A stretch of DNA of 64,000 nt from Octopus sinensis (GCF_006345805.1 NC_043001.1:24180001-24244000), one strand, 5' to 3'; shown: positions 1 through 12,862, numbered from the stretch's first letter. A program made the numbers and translations. The notes: a model not told the origin generated them from the letters alone.

Positions 1-445
1 TTTATGTATATATACATGAGCGTACGTGTGTGTGTGTGTGTGTGCATATATGTTATGTTTTGTTAGCTTTTTTTGCATTAATTTGTATATCGCTCAAAAG
101 TATCCGGATTTCCTATCTTTTCCAGTTCTCTGCTAAAATCGATACACTAGGATTATATTTTCGTTGAATCACCAAAATATTTTATTCCTATCGCTAATAC
201 GTAATGCCTCCATTGTTATTGCTTATGAAAGTCATGTTTCTGTGAATAATTTTACACATAATGCGGCAAAACCTGAGAGATATGAAGTTTCTGTTAGTCT
301 CAATTAATATTGGAGAGAATATTCAAGTTTCTCACCAGCACCAGTGTCTATAATAACCAGTCAATACTAAAATATTAGCTGATGAAGAATGATAGTGTAT
401 GGTCTTTTTGCCGGAAACAAAAATTATTTTGTCAAAAATAACATA

Positions 446-849
446 GCAGGAGTGGCTGTGTGGTAAGTAGCTTGCTTACCAACCACAGGGCTCCGGGTTC
501 AGTCCCACTGCGTGGCACTTTGGGCAAGTGTCTTCTACTATAGCCTTGGGCCGACCAAAGCCTTGTGAGTGGATTTGGTAGATGGAAACTGAAGGAAGCC
601 TGTCGTGTATATGTATATATATATATGTGTGAGTGTGTGTTTGTGTGTCTGTGTTTGTCCCCCCAAAATCGCTTGACAAACGATGCTGGTGTGTTCATGT
701 CCCCGTAACTTAGTGATCGGCAAAAGAGACCGATAGAATAAGTACTAGGCTTACAAAGAATATGTCCTGGGGGCGATTTGCTCAAATAAAGGCGGTGCTC
801 CAGCATGGCCACAGTCAAATGACTGAAACAAGTAAAAGAGTAAAGAGTA
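446..849 (+). mobile_element. tRNA-derived SINE family A, full length
   Basis: A-box-like TGGCTGTGTGGT, B-box-like GGTTCAGTCCC, internal (TA)/(TG) tract, 3' tail GTAAAAGAGTAAAGAGT; about 10 further copies in the window. Confidence 0.9.
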
Positions 850-855
850 TAAATA

Positions 856-1288
856 CAGTAAACTCCCTCTTAACTAGTAACCAAATAATTGGAACTCTTA
901 AGCAATCAGCACCTAGAAAAAAATAAAAAATGTTTTGCTAATTAGAGTATAGAGAATTTGTGCTAATTTGTGGTAATTAATTAACTGTCATTAAAGAAAG
1001 AGATTCTACTGTATCTAAAATGGTTTGTTGCTTCTCAAAGTATAGTATTGAATTTTATTTTACTGCACTTAATAAAACTTGTTATCTATTTGAATTATAT
1101 ATTCATTTCTTTCTATTTCATTTCTACTATATTCAGACTATTAATGATAATCCTGATGGATATATAAAGTTTCAATGAATTTTGTAAGGTGTTAGGTAAT
1201 TTAAAAAGTGATGATTAGATATGGGGGAAAATTCAGATATCTGGCAACTCTTCTGTTCTAATGGTGCCAGATAGAAGGGAGTTTGCTG
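856..1288. mobile_element. Tc1/mariner (pogo/Tigger-like) MITE
   Basis: TA|CAGTAAACTCCC ... GGGAGTTTGCTG|TA: terminal inverted repeats (TIRs) with TA TSD. Confidence 0.75.
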
Positions 1289-1327
1289 TATTACATGCAT
1301 TTATTTTCATATACAATATAACCTGCG

Positions 1328-1598
1328 CTAGAAGCTGGGATTACCAAGCGTAGATTGGCATATTTCGGTCATATTATGCGGAGAAAATCCCTGGAGAAGG
1401 ACATCATGCTCGGAATGGTCAGTGGCAAGAGAGGAAGAGGCCGACCAAGAACCCGCTGGCTTGACACAAGCAGGAGTGATACTGGAATGGACATGGCCAA
1501 TCTGAAGGAAGCGGCCCAGGATAGAACTGACTGGAGGATACTGATCCATCGAGTAACCGAGAGTCGACTTCGACTGAGCGGATAGAGAAAGAGAGAGT
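1328..1598 (+). mobile_element. RTE-clade LINE 3' fragment (ORF C-terminus)
   Basis: RLAYFGHIMRR..LEKDIMLGMVSGKRGRGRPRTRWLD..AQDRTDWR..IHRVTESRLRL* is the typical RTE/BovB-like C-terminus; short (AG)n tail. Confidence 0.9.
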
Positions 1599-1671
1599 TG
1601 TTTTCATTGAGTCAGATAACTGTCTTTACATTACTAAATATATTCAAAAAAGGATCAAAGGTTCTTTCCAA

Positions 1672-1803
1672 GCCATAGGCTCACAAGGCTGGTTTACTGG
1701 ATTCTGTGATGTAGACTCCCCTGGTGGATTGGATGTCAGAGCATCATGAGGTCACTAATTTTTGCCAGCTGAGTGGACTGAAGCAACATGAAATGAAGTG
1801 TGT
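1672..1803 (-). mobile_element. Old SINE fragment (family D-like), interrupted by a family A SINE
   Basis: CCAGCTGAGTGGACTGAAGCAACATGAAATGAAGTGT is the reverse complement of the central domain at about 7815-7852. Confidence 0.55.
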
Positions 1804-2177
1804 TACTCTTTTACTCTTTTACTTGTTTCAGTCATTTGACTGCGACCATGCTGGAGCACCACCTTTAGTCAAGCAAATCAACCCCAGGACTTATTCTTTG
1901 TAAGCCTAGTACTTATTCTATCGGTCTCTTTTGCCATACTGCTAAGTTATGGGGATGTAAACACACCATCATCGGTTATCAAGCAATATTGAGGGACACA
2001 CACACACACACATATATATATACAACGGGCTTCTTTCAGTTTCCGTCTACCAAATTCACTCACAAGGCTTTGGTCGGCCCAAGGACATAGTAGAAAACAT
2101 TTGCCCAAGGTGCCACACAGTGGGACTGAGCCCAGAACCATGTGGTTGGTAAGCAAGCTACTTACCACACAGGCACT
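1804..2177 (-). mobile_element. SINE family A, full length
   Basis: Reverse complement of 446-849. Confidence 0.9.
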
Positions 2178-2214
2178 GCCAGTGCTGTTGACCCTGCCAG
2201 AGCTCTTGCTACTT

Positions 2215-2558
2215 AAAAAAGCATCCACTCCACACTGTAAAGTGGTTGGCATTTGGAAGAGTATCCAGCTGTAAAAACCATGCCAAAGTGACCTCACCTG
2301 TGCTTGTACCACATAAAACACAGTCAGAACTCTGGAGTGGTTCGTGTTAGGAAGGACATCCAACCATAAAAAACCCTGCTAAAACAGACACAGAAGTCTG
2401 GTGCAGGTCCCTGCCTTGCCAGGTCTTGTCAAACCATAAAGACCTTGCTAAAACAGACACAGAAGTCTGGTGCAGGCCCCTGCCCGGCCAGCCCCTGTCA
2501 AACCATCCAACCCATGCTAGCATGGAAGGAGGAAGCCAAACAATGATGATAATGATGA
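2215..2558 (+). mobile_element. SINE-like family C, with internal ~70 bp tandem duplication
   Basis: GGTTGGC..GGAAGGGCATCCAGC..CCAACCCATGCTAGCATGGAA..(GAT)n; duplicated unit at about 2362-2500. Confidence 0.8.
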
Positions 2559-3232
2559 TACACACACACACACACATACACAAACACATATTTCTATGTG
2601 TGTATTTCTGCGTGTGTGTGTGTGCTTGTATTTGCCTACAGTGCCAACTAATATTGTCACCAAAGCAGGTTGAATGTTCAGCCAGCCATGCCAAATTGTC
2701 AACAAACAAATAGCTATGCTGAATCATCTCATTCTGTCTCAGAAAATGGTTAGAGAAATTCTATATTTAGCACACCGCCCACAATATTCTGTTGTCACTC
2801 TTCGAACTTGTTTAAGGACATAACAACAGCTACAACTACAACACATGAATGAAAGCATGTCAGTATATTCTTTTCATTGCTGCATATTCTTCAATATGAA
2901 TGGTGATGCATCTGCAATATTATTTTTCGGTGTAAGTAGGTAATCACCTTAAATATGTGCTGACAGTAAATGTAGCTTGAATTGCAATACAAGAACAAAC
3001 AAAATGTTTAAAATGTATTAAGAAATAAAAAAGAAAAACTCAGCAGTTTGTAAACATGAAACTGATAGCTCAATCAATATCTTTTAAAACATCTTGCCTG
3101 TATAAATATAAAAATCACACCTACATAGCAAATATAATATATTGCATCACATAATGTAATTATATAGTGTAAAATGATATGGCATGACATGGTATATGAT
3201 ATAATACATGCATTATATATATGACATGACAT

Positions 3233-3274
<42 letters not shown>

Positions 3275-3434
3275 GTGCTTGGTTTATAGCTTCCTTTATA
3301 GATTTAGTTTAGGACTTTAGGGTCTTTTCTATTTTCTTTTTTTTTTCTCTTTTTAGATTCAGTCAACCGGAGTATAAACTTCCAAGTGTCACTAACAATA
3401 TTTGTAATTTCATATAAATTTATTGTTGATATAT

Positions 3435-3638
3435 ATTCTTTTCTACACTAGGCACAAGGCCTGAAATTTTAGGGGCGAGGTGGTGGGGGCAGTCGATTAG
3501 ATCGACCCCAGTGTGCAACTGGTACTTGATTTATCGACCCCAAGAGAATGAAAGGCAAAGTCGACTTCGGCAGAATTTGAACTCAGAACGTAAAGACAGA
3601 CAAAATACCACTAAGCATTTCTGCCAGCTCACTGCCTT
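3435..3638 (-). mobile_element. SINE family B variant
   Basis: Reverse complement of GGCAGTGAGCTGGCAGAA..GTTCTGAGTTCAAATTC..GTCGACTTTGCCTTTCAT..GGGTCGATAAA..GTACCAG. Confidence 0.85.
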
Positions 3639-4020
3639 ATGATTAATATATATTGAAAGTAATTTACAAACCTCTATGTCAAATGACTTTAAGCAATGAT
3701 TTACAGTGTCATTATAATCAGTTTTGGCACACAGGTAAATCATTAGTATACTAGATAAAATGATTAGTGGCCTTCCATCTGTTTTTACATTCTGAGTTTA
3801 AATTCTGGCAAGGTTGACTTTGCCATTCATACTTTTGGAGTCAATAAATTAAGTACCAGTCACGTACTGGGGTCAATGTAATTGACTTATCCACTCCCCT
3901 GATGTTGTTGACCTTGTGCCAAAATTTGAAACCCTATTATCAGTTTCATTTTTCTAGTCAATTGCTTTCATTAACTCATATTGCCCCAACTTATATTGTG
4001 GAACCCTCTAATTATGACCT

Positions 4021-4072
<52 letters not shown>

Positions 4073-4457
4073 ATATGACAAACATACATAATTATCGTAT
4101 TTATTACCTTTTAAAACAATAAATAATTGTTTAAATCTTGTGTTGTTTGAAGATTAATAATATCAATAAGAATATATTTTCTTTGATGATTTACATAATT
4201 TCAACTTACACAGTAACTTGTGTACATATGTGCTATGTAATCATTTATGTATATATATATATATATAAATTAAATTAGATATATATATAAAAGAGGTGAG
4301 GTGTGTGTGTGTGTATTCGATCTTGTATAGGTATGTGTGTGCATATATATATATGTATGCATGTATGTATATATATGTCATCATTATCGTCATCATTTAA
4401 CACCCAGTATATATAGTAATAATTAAGACAAACCAAATGACAATATTTTGAAAGCAT

Positions 4458-4527
4458 TTAATATGTATGTTTCAGATCTGTATATAATAAAAAATACACT
4501 CCATTACACAAGAAGTTCCTCAGTTAA
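4458..4527 (-). ncRNA. Putative minimal type I hammerhead ribozyme
   Basis: TTAA-CTGAGGA-...AGATCT-GAAA-CATACATA-TTAA; helix II is decayed on this copy. Confidence 0.5.
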
Positions 4528-4553
4528 TACATTTCAAAATATTTTGAAATGTT

Positions 4554-4622
4554 TTAACTGAGGAAGATCTTGCATAATGGGATATATATATATATGATAT
4601 AGATCAGAAACACACAAATTAA
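4554..4622 (+). ncRNA. Putative minimal type I hammerhead ribozyme (decayed cleavage site)
   Basis: TTAA-CTGAGGA-AGATCT...AGATCA-GAAA-CACACAAA-TTAA. Confidence 0.5.
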
Positions 4623-6655
4623 ATGCTTTCAAAATATCATTATTTGGTTTGACTTCAGTATTACAATTTATATGATTTGATGCCAGCACAAACTAGCCTG
4701 TCCCTGACTCCACTTACATGGATACTCTAACAAGGATTTAGAGTTCATCATCATCATTGTGTTGTATTTGATTTGAGTTGAAAAAATCTGGTACCATGCA
4801 TTGCTTCTTAGCAAAACATGAAATACACACACACACACATAAACAATACATACATACATACATACATACATAAATACATATATTTGTATATATATATGTA
4901 TTGGAAGACACTTTACCAAAGTGCTTCTTAGTGGGATCAAGCCTGGAACCACTTGACTAAATATTTTTAAGACGCATATACATTCCCACAGACTGATTAT
5001 GCATTTGTATGTGAGTACACATGTGTACTGATGTAATTATGGATTAGAAACTGTGTTCAGAGAAAGCTTTAATTCGTCCAGCATGCACTAAATATCTGCC
5101 TACATGGTTGAAGCTGTTAGAAATACGTAGAAGGCATTTATTTCCTTAGACTCTGAACTATTTTCTTTTTATCTTCATGTACGGACAACTCAAGGGAAGA
5201 AAAACTTGCCATAAATATTCTTCACTTTGTTGCACGCCAACGATCTCTTTTTATCTTGAGCAATCAATGTTATATCAGTTTTTCCTGTTAGAAGAGGGTT
5301 GGTTAGCTAATTCACAAGTGTGGTCTTATGAAATAGCTTCATTTGAGTTAATGACAGAGAAGTAAGAATGAAAGAATCCTGGAATGATCAAGGGAATACA
5401 GTTACTAAAGAATTGTGAAAGGAATGAAAGTTCCAAGAAATAATGAAAGAATAAAGACATCTTCAAGGGAATAAAGAATAGAAAAACTAAGAAATATAAA
5501 TGAGATTATTTTGTTTTGGGGGAATTTGCAAAGAAGGGAGAAAATGTATACTTTTTTTTATACTTGTTGATTATAGTTTTATTGTTAGTGTATTTATATT
5601 CTTCAGCCACAAAATATTGCTTATATTAAACTTAATCTCTTGCTAAATTTCCATTTTATATAATCTTCTTCTTTTTCTAAAAGAGTATTGAAATTTGCTT
5701 CAAGCATTGCAAGATGTAGATGATATAAATGTTTGAGAAGTTAGGGAAAATATATATATGGTGGTATCAATAAATGAGAAAAGAAGGATGATATTGTATT
5801 ACCTAATATAGGTTGTTTAATGCACTTATAATATTTTGAGAAAGATTAGCCTTTTCAAATAAAGAAAAACAATAATCAAAGAGTTTGAAGAAAGGAGTTG
5901 TCACCAGCAGACCATTCCGGTATGTAGTAATGAAAAGCAATGATAGTTTACAGCATTTATAGTTGTGGTTGGTTAAGACACACAGTACCAGTAGAAAGAG
6001 TTAGTGTGATGTGGCATAAACAACAGCAGTTAGTATCTTGGCAAAAAGGTTTGTTTGAAAGAGTAGTGGCAAAGGCTACTTGACAATAGCTGAACTTCAA
6101 GGTTAGCCAGTAAGGTATTTTGTGATTTTCCTTGTGTTAAAAAGGGTAGGATGTACTAAGCAGTTAGATGTGGTAAAATATATTGTAGTGATGTGGTAAA
6201 TGTATGTGAAGTAGTAAAAGAAAGAGATGAGAGCTACATAATGACAGAGATTTATGTTCAAGGTGCTTATCATGCCTGAGGAATGCTCAGCTACTTACAC
6301 ATTAATTCAGAAGCAGGTTTTAATTGATCAAACAAGTCAGTTCTTATTGTCAGAAGGTGGAAATCCACCCTATATAATTAGAGGAATTGCAGTAATACTG
6401 ACACTGAATGTCAACTATGTATTAGAGGGGAATGTTCTGCACACCAAATTCAAATACAGTAGGGCTTCACATATCAAATATAGTAAGCTAAAAACTGATA
6501 AACTGAGATTAACTACGCAATTACTATGTAAACATTTCCTTTAGATATGTGTTTAAAATCTAAAGACAACAGGCAAAGGAGGCAACTCTAATAAAAATGA
6601 ATTGGAATTTTATAGGAACTGCAGTATGAGATAAATTGAACCAGTTGGGGAAAGT

Positions 6656-6694
6656 ACTGAACATGTTTCAGTCTTATTAAACTTCCTCAGTGAT
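6656..6694 (-). ncRNA. Putative minimal hammerhead ribozyme
   Basis: CTGAGGA-AGTTT-AATA-AGACT-GAAA-CATG-TT: intact core, 5 bp helix II, palindromic CATG; helix I poor. Confidence 0.5.
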
Positions 6695-6769
6695 GTATAT
6701 TCTACTCAGTTGGCAATAATAGGAGTGATCAACACACACACACACACATTTAGGGTTGACTGTTGGAAG

Positions 6770-7233
6770 TAGAAATCTAAGTAGATATTTCAAACTTAAA
6801 ATCTTCAAAGCCACAGTTGAACCAATTCTACTATATGGCTCAGAAACCTGGACGTTATCAAAGAAGCTTGAGAGGTGGTTGGATGGAACTTACACTCGCC
6901 TCCTTATGAGAGCTCAAAATCTCTCATGGAAGTGTCATCCAACCAAAGTACAAATATATGGGAAACTACCACCTGTATTATCTCTTGTGAAAGGTAGAAG
7001 AGTCCAGTTTGCTGGACATTGTTGTAGAGCTGAAAAAGAGGTAATTTCTACTCTTCTCCTTTGGAAGCCATCTGCTCATGATACCAGCGAGCACACACTC
7101 TCCTATCCTGATGTAATCTCCAGAGATACAGGCATCCAGCAACAGGACCTCCATAATGCTATGATGGACCGTGAAGTCTGGCGTAACATAGTAAATTCCA
7201 TTGTCTCGACCACGGTCAAACAATGATGAATGA
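6770..7233 (+). mobile_element. RTE/RTEX-type LINE, 5'-truncated, with TSD
   Basis: KLKIFKATVEPILLYGSETWTL...RRVQFAGHC...DREVWR; (GAT)-like tail; TSD TGTTGGAAG at 6761-6769 and 7234-7242. Confidence 0.9.
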
Positions 7234-7719
7234 TGTTGGAAGAAAGAGTATTCACTACTATAGGAGTATATTCATTTTGTTTGAGTCAGTCTCTTATTAA
7301 TCTGAGTTTTGCCTGTAGGTGAATGGGATCTTTGGGAAAGTTGCAAATTACAAATATTATTTACAAAATAAATCTTAAATATTGTTATATTTCAGGATGA
7401 TTGATTTTTTTTTCCTTGCCAAATGAACACATGCCCTTTATATTTGTTCTTCACTCATTTATTATTGTTCTTATTTTATCTTATGTCCATTGTCTGGAAA
7501 TATTTCATCATACACCTGTGACCTCTTCAGTGACTCTTCTATCCCATGTGTGTCCTCCTGCTCTTTTTATTCCATTCTTTCTATGATGTGTATCCTAATA
7601 TTGCAAAACAAATTCATGAATATCATACATTCATATATTCTGCTTAGCCAAAGCAATACTTACAACCAGTTTCTAGAAGTCAATATATTAAAATTTCCCA
7701 GTGTTATATCAATTACTGT

Positions 7720-8055
7720 GAAGGCGCATGGCACAGTGGTTAGAGTGTCGAGCTTAGGATTGTGAGGTTGTGAGCTCAAATCCTGGACCGGGCTGCATGA
7801 TGTGTTCTTGAGCAAGACACTTTATTTCACGTTGCTCCAGTTCACTCAGCTGTAGAAATGAGTTGCCACATCACAGGTGCCAAGCTATATCGCCCGTTGC
7901 CTTTCCCTTGGATAACATCAGTGGTGTGGAGAGGGGAAGTTGGTATACATGGGTGACTGCGGGTCTACCATAAACAACCTTTCCCGGACTTGTGCCTGGG
8001 AGGGTAACTTTCTATGTGCAATCCCATGGTCAGTCATGACTGAAGGGGGTCTCAG
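7720..8055 (+). mobile_element. tRNA-derived SINE family D
   Basis: GGCGCATGGCACAGTGGTTAGAG head, B-box GCTCAAATCC, central GTGTTCTTGAGCAAGACACTTTATTTCAC domain; related head at 30422-30605. Confidence 0.8.
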
Positions 8056-8280
8056 GAGACTCAGGATATCAATTACGAAATACATTACAAAAGAACTGGA
8101 GAAATGCATGAACTACTTAAGCAAACACTTTTGCATCTCTGTAAATCCCTAAAAATATGAAACCATGTTTATATATCAGAGAGTTGCTTTCCGGGGCAAT
8201 ATTGATGACATGTGTGAAGGCTGCATTGCAAATTCTGGTTCCTACAAATTAACCATATTTTCTCAGTATTTGAAGTTGCT

Positions 8281-8654
8281 AAATTTTCTTACAGGTTTAT
8301 TTGAATAACCACTCAAACAGCAGTCGTATATTTGAAACACTGTATATTTCTTCCCAAATCTGTCTCTGTCAAACTCTCAACTTTGAATAGTTTGAAATAT
8401 TTTCAAGAGAAAGTTTACGATTCTGGTTGTGGATAAAGAAGACTGTGGGAACAAATTTGGCAATTTTTGGCAAAATATGTACCCTTTTACCAAAAGTTAG
8501 TGAAATATTTAAAATGTTTACAGTTGGATAGATAGACAAATATAACAAAATAATTTGATAAAAAATGTGATTTTTTAATTATTTTCTGAGATTTTACAAA
8601 AACAACAAAATTTTCTTAAAGGTTTATTTGAATAACCACTCAAACAGCAGTCGT
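8281..8654 (+). repeat. ~47 bp direct repeat pair within an unclassified repeat
   Basis: AAATTTTCTTA(C/A)AGGTTTATTTGAATAACCACTCAAACAGCAGTCGT at about 8281 and 8608. Confidence 0.75.
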
Positions 8655-9729
8655 TGTCTTTAATGTGGAACTGGGGTATTTGGAAAAGTATTGCTTTGAA
8701 GACACCATGTATTTCCTCCCTTGCTTATCTTTTACTGTTGAATCTATCATTAAATTGGTAAATAGCTTAAAATGTCATTTTCTATTATTCTTGGAGACAG
8801 TACTTAGAAAATAAGAATATGTTGAATATTTCCTTTGAATATGAACAAATTAAAATCATTGAAACAAAGAATAAAGAAAGAAAGTATATTTTGTTTTTAA
8901 TATCTTAATCAAATGCTATCGTGGATATGAGCCTTGTTTCTTTTCTCTTTTCTCTTTCAATTACATCGCTTTCTCTTTCTCTCTCTGTCTATCTATTCTC
9001 TCTCTCTCTCTTTCTGTCTATCTCTTCTCTGATTCTCTCTCTCTCTCACACACACACACCATGTAAACACGTATACCACCTCACATACTGAATATGACAT
9101 GGACATGTCTAAATATTAACAGAAGGAAATAAACTAATATTTTGCTGGGAAAACATTGACAGCTTTATTTCTCCCTGTCACTTGTCACTGAGATATTTTT
9201 GAAAGTTAAAAAAAATATATACATATAACTATTTTAAAAAGGTTGAAAGGATTTAAGGAAAAAAGAAACAAGAAACAAGAAAATATCAAGAAGATAACAA
9301 ATTGAAATTACAGAATTTCAAACGCATTGATTATGCAGTTTATAGTTTTCAGTCTTCTGAATTTGTACATAAAAATTCAAAAAAATATAAGAATATGCAA
9401 CAATGAGAGAGCTAAACAAGTTTTTAGTGGTAGTTAGTATGGCACTTCATGCTTGTGAATTGAAATATTTCTATCATTGATCCTCCAACCACTATAAAAT
9501 AGATATTGGTAAGATATTCAAATCAATTCAATTATATACCCAATATACTTATAAAATGACTATTGGACCTAATCTCTATGAATTCAATGAAAATTATTCT
9601 AAGAGATTATTCTAGAATATTTAGGGTGTGCAATCCAAATATCTTTATTGAAAGAGAGTGATGAGTGTACCTCCAGAGGAAGTGTTATCCTCAGGGTAAG
9701 TAGTATTCAAGTGTAGGCGGATACTGTGA

Positions 9730-10085
9730 GCCATATTTGTCAGTATGTGAGCACTAAATAAAGAAATCTCCTATACTGTTCAAGCAGTTGGCATATCTTT
9801 CAGTCTTTCTAATATAAATGTCTTCCTCCTTGGTATGCAGTTGGATTAGTAGAGAATTCTCCATCTAAACCCACTTTGAACATTCCAGTTATGACTGGTT
9901 GAACCTGTGGAAATCTGTCCCTCAATGTAACTGGTGATCATACTTAAATTTACCTTCAGCCATACCTATATAATGCTTCTTTTCAACTGGTTGATGTGAA
10001 CTTCAGCTTCTTAGACAACCATGTTGTATATCTGGTGTAAAAGACAAGTTTAGTCTTCCTTTTTGAACAACAAAAGTACCACATT
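9730..10085 (-). pseudogene. Decayed Penelope-like element GIY-YIG endonuclease C-terminal region
   Basis: Minus-strand translation across stops and frameshifts: VV*EAEV (from 10019)..KKHYIGMAEGKFK (YIG at 9972-9964)..FRWRIL..CLNSIGDFFI*CSHTDKY, resembling the PLE pattern VVYxAxV..YIG..FKxR..WxIL..LNxRxE..CxH. Confidence 0.7.
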
Positions 10086-10232
10086 TCGATGGTTTGTTGA
10101 TGGTGTGTGTTTTCATATATTGGAAGAATAGATGTTGATGATTTTAGTACAACCTCTGTAGGAAATCTTCATTTAATTATCATTCACTGGGAATGTATAT
10201 CTAAAAGAGTCAGTAGTGTGTGTGTATGTGAC

Positions 10233-10431
<199 letters not shown>

Positions 10432-11046
10432 GATTCTGCTTAGGCATAGTGATACTTATAAACAATTGTTAGAACTCAATATACATATACTTTACAGTAA
10501 GCCACCAGCTCAGTACAGGACGTAATATCAATTAAAGAATGGGGGGGGGGGAATGGAAGTTATGTGATCCCCTTTATTTGTTTGCAACTGTTTTTATTAT
10601 AAGAATGCACCCGGAGATGAATACTCATGCAACGTCTTATAGCAGAAACAACTGTATGGTAAATAGAATAATAATGCACTTTCTGTTCTTTTTCATTCAT
10701 TCACCCATTCATTATACATATACACATACATACTTATACACACACACGGACACACTCACACATAATGTAAGGGTTGTAAAATATATAGAAGTATACATTA
10801 TATATGGTGCAAATACTGGATATAGAGCATGCCTCTTGAGGTTGGGTGGACAGATATTCGTTTTGTTTTTTGATATACAAAACACATACATATACTGTAA
10901 TATAAACTTCATGAGATAGGGAATGAAAACTCAATACAAACTAGAATAAAGCATGTCATTTGGAAAGTCACCAATCAAGAGTTTTATCAACTGGAAAATT
11001 TTGAAGGATGGTACTTCATGAATGTGTGAATTTCATTGCCTGATGT

Positions 11047-11084
<38 letters not shown>

Positions 11085-11344
11085 GTTCTGATTTCAAATT
11101 CCACCGTGGTCAACTTTACCTTTCTCCCTTTCAGTTTTGATAAAGTAATGATCAACCAAGGCCTGGGGCCAATGTAATCGGCTGGCCTTATCCTCTTAAA
11201 ATTGCTGGCTTTGAGCCAAAGTTAGATAATTTAACCATAAACTTAAATATGCCTGTCAGGGGCACAGTTAGAAGCTTACATTACTTCAGTTGTATTTATT
11301 AACATTTGTATCAATTAGCTTAATCGACAGTGGTTAATTCCAAC

Positions 11345-11658
11345 CAGTGGCAGACTGGGTCTAAAAATATTGGCTGCTGGGAGGCTAAGGGAGCCCAACT
11401 GCAACTACAAGGGGCCCCCCACACACAACTACAATGTTATCATTTAATTTTTCTTTTTGTTAAAAGTATTCTTTTCAACTGTCTACAAACACAACCAGGC
11501 TGAAATAATTAATGCATTCTTCCAGGAGTGAATAAAAAATTCTCACACTTGAGGGGTGGGCCCCTTAGATACTAACATGAGCCTCCATATATGGATTCTA
11601 ATGGTGCAGGGACCCACTTTCCATCGGGCAAGCTGACAACCTGGCCAGTCCACCACTG
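11345..11658. mobile_element. hAT-type MITE
   Basis: TIRs CAGTGGCAGACTGG / CCAGTCCACCACTG; degenerate 8 bp flanks ATTCCAAC / ACTCTAAG. Confidence 0.7.
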
Positions 11659-11954
11659 ACTCTAAGTAGCTAACATAAAACATTTACTTAAAAAATATAA
11701 AAAAGAATCTATGCTAGATATGTGTGGCAATCTTTCTAACTTTAATACACATAAGATGGTGAATAGAGTAAAATGGACTGCCCCAATTTAAAATGAAAGT
11801 TAAACAAGCAATTGGTAACATGTGGCGTGATTTGGTAGTAACCGGCACTAAGTTCTGGGGTCGATTTGTTCGACTAAATGCAGTGCTCCAGCATGTCTGC
11901 AGTCAAATGGCTAAAAGGAATAAAAGAATATAAAAGAATGGTAATGATGTAAAT

Positions 11955-12115
11955 TTAAAAGTTTATATTTCGTTTTTGGATTTGGTTTGCAAGATTCTTT
12001 ATATGAGTTCGTGTGTTGAAGCATATTTTGTTGTGTCTGTGGAAATTTTACCGGTGAGTGTGTTAAATAATAAGGCACAAAAAGAAAATGACTCTTCCCA
12101 GACACAACAGAATTT
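11955..12115. mobile_element. Unclassified repeat family H fragment with internal inversion
   Basis: Shares sequence with 62050-62170 and 62833-62900; TGTTGTGTCTG...CAGACACAACA inverted. Confidence 0.7.
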
Positions 12116-12599
12116 ACTTCTGTGAGAAAGGAGTCTTCAGAAGGTCAATTTGATCCAGTTTCTTATCTGATAGCATTTCGCAATGCCATCTGCTTACCCT
12201 GTCTTTGTCTTTTCATGAAACATAAATAGAAATATAGCTAAAAGGTTCTTAACATTAAAAAACAACGCCGCTTCCCATTAGTCAGCACTGCCATAGGATC
12301 AATTTGTTAAATTAAAAACTACTTAAAAGCAACCTGCCGGTGTAGTCCTGACATGCAAAACATACTAGTACTGAAGTAAGTAACACCTAAGGTGATGCGT
12401 GCACGCATAAAAACAAGGAAACATGCCTACTTAACCAATCTCGCAACAGCAAATCATTAATATGTGGGGTGGATGTTATCTCCGTTTACAAGAATGAAAA
12501 AACTGAAGCGAAAAACAACATTGGGATGGTTGAGGGCAGCTTCAAAGATTCAAGGATGTGTGCGTGTGTGTGTGTGTGTGTAGGTATTATTTATGAGAG

Positions 12600-12606
12600 T
12601 ATACAT

Positions 12607-12637
<31 letters not shown>

Positions 12638-12642
12638 CACAC

Positions 12643-12691
<49 letters not shown>

Positions 12692-12696
12692 CACAT

Positions 12697-12731
<35 letters not shown>

Positions 12732-12791
12732 CACATACATATATACATACATACATATACATATATATACATATATATACATATACATACT

Positions 12792-12848
<57 letters not shown>

Positions 12849-12862
12849 GTATGTATATATAT
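12600..12862. repeat. (CA)/(TACA)/(TA) compound microsatellite
   Basis: Direct inspection. Confidence 0.95.

Larger units (their letters stand above)
4424..4655. repeat. ~230 bp diverged fold-back palindrome carrying two inverted hammerhead-like motifs
   Basis: Arms are reverse complements about the centre ATTTCAAAAT|ATTTTGAAAT (4540/4541). Confidence 0.85.

Noticed and set aside
2895-3403. Possible plus-strand exons (donor GTAAGT at 2932; acceptor near 3356; also 19866-19915)
   Set aside because: Splice-like signals are common in AT-rich DNA; no recognisable or consistent protein
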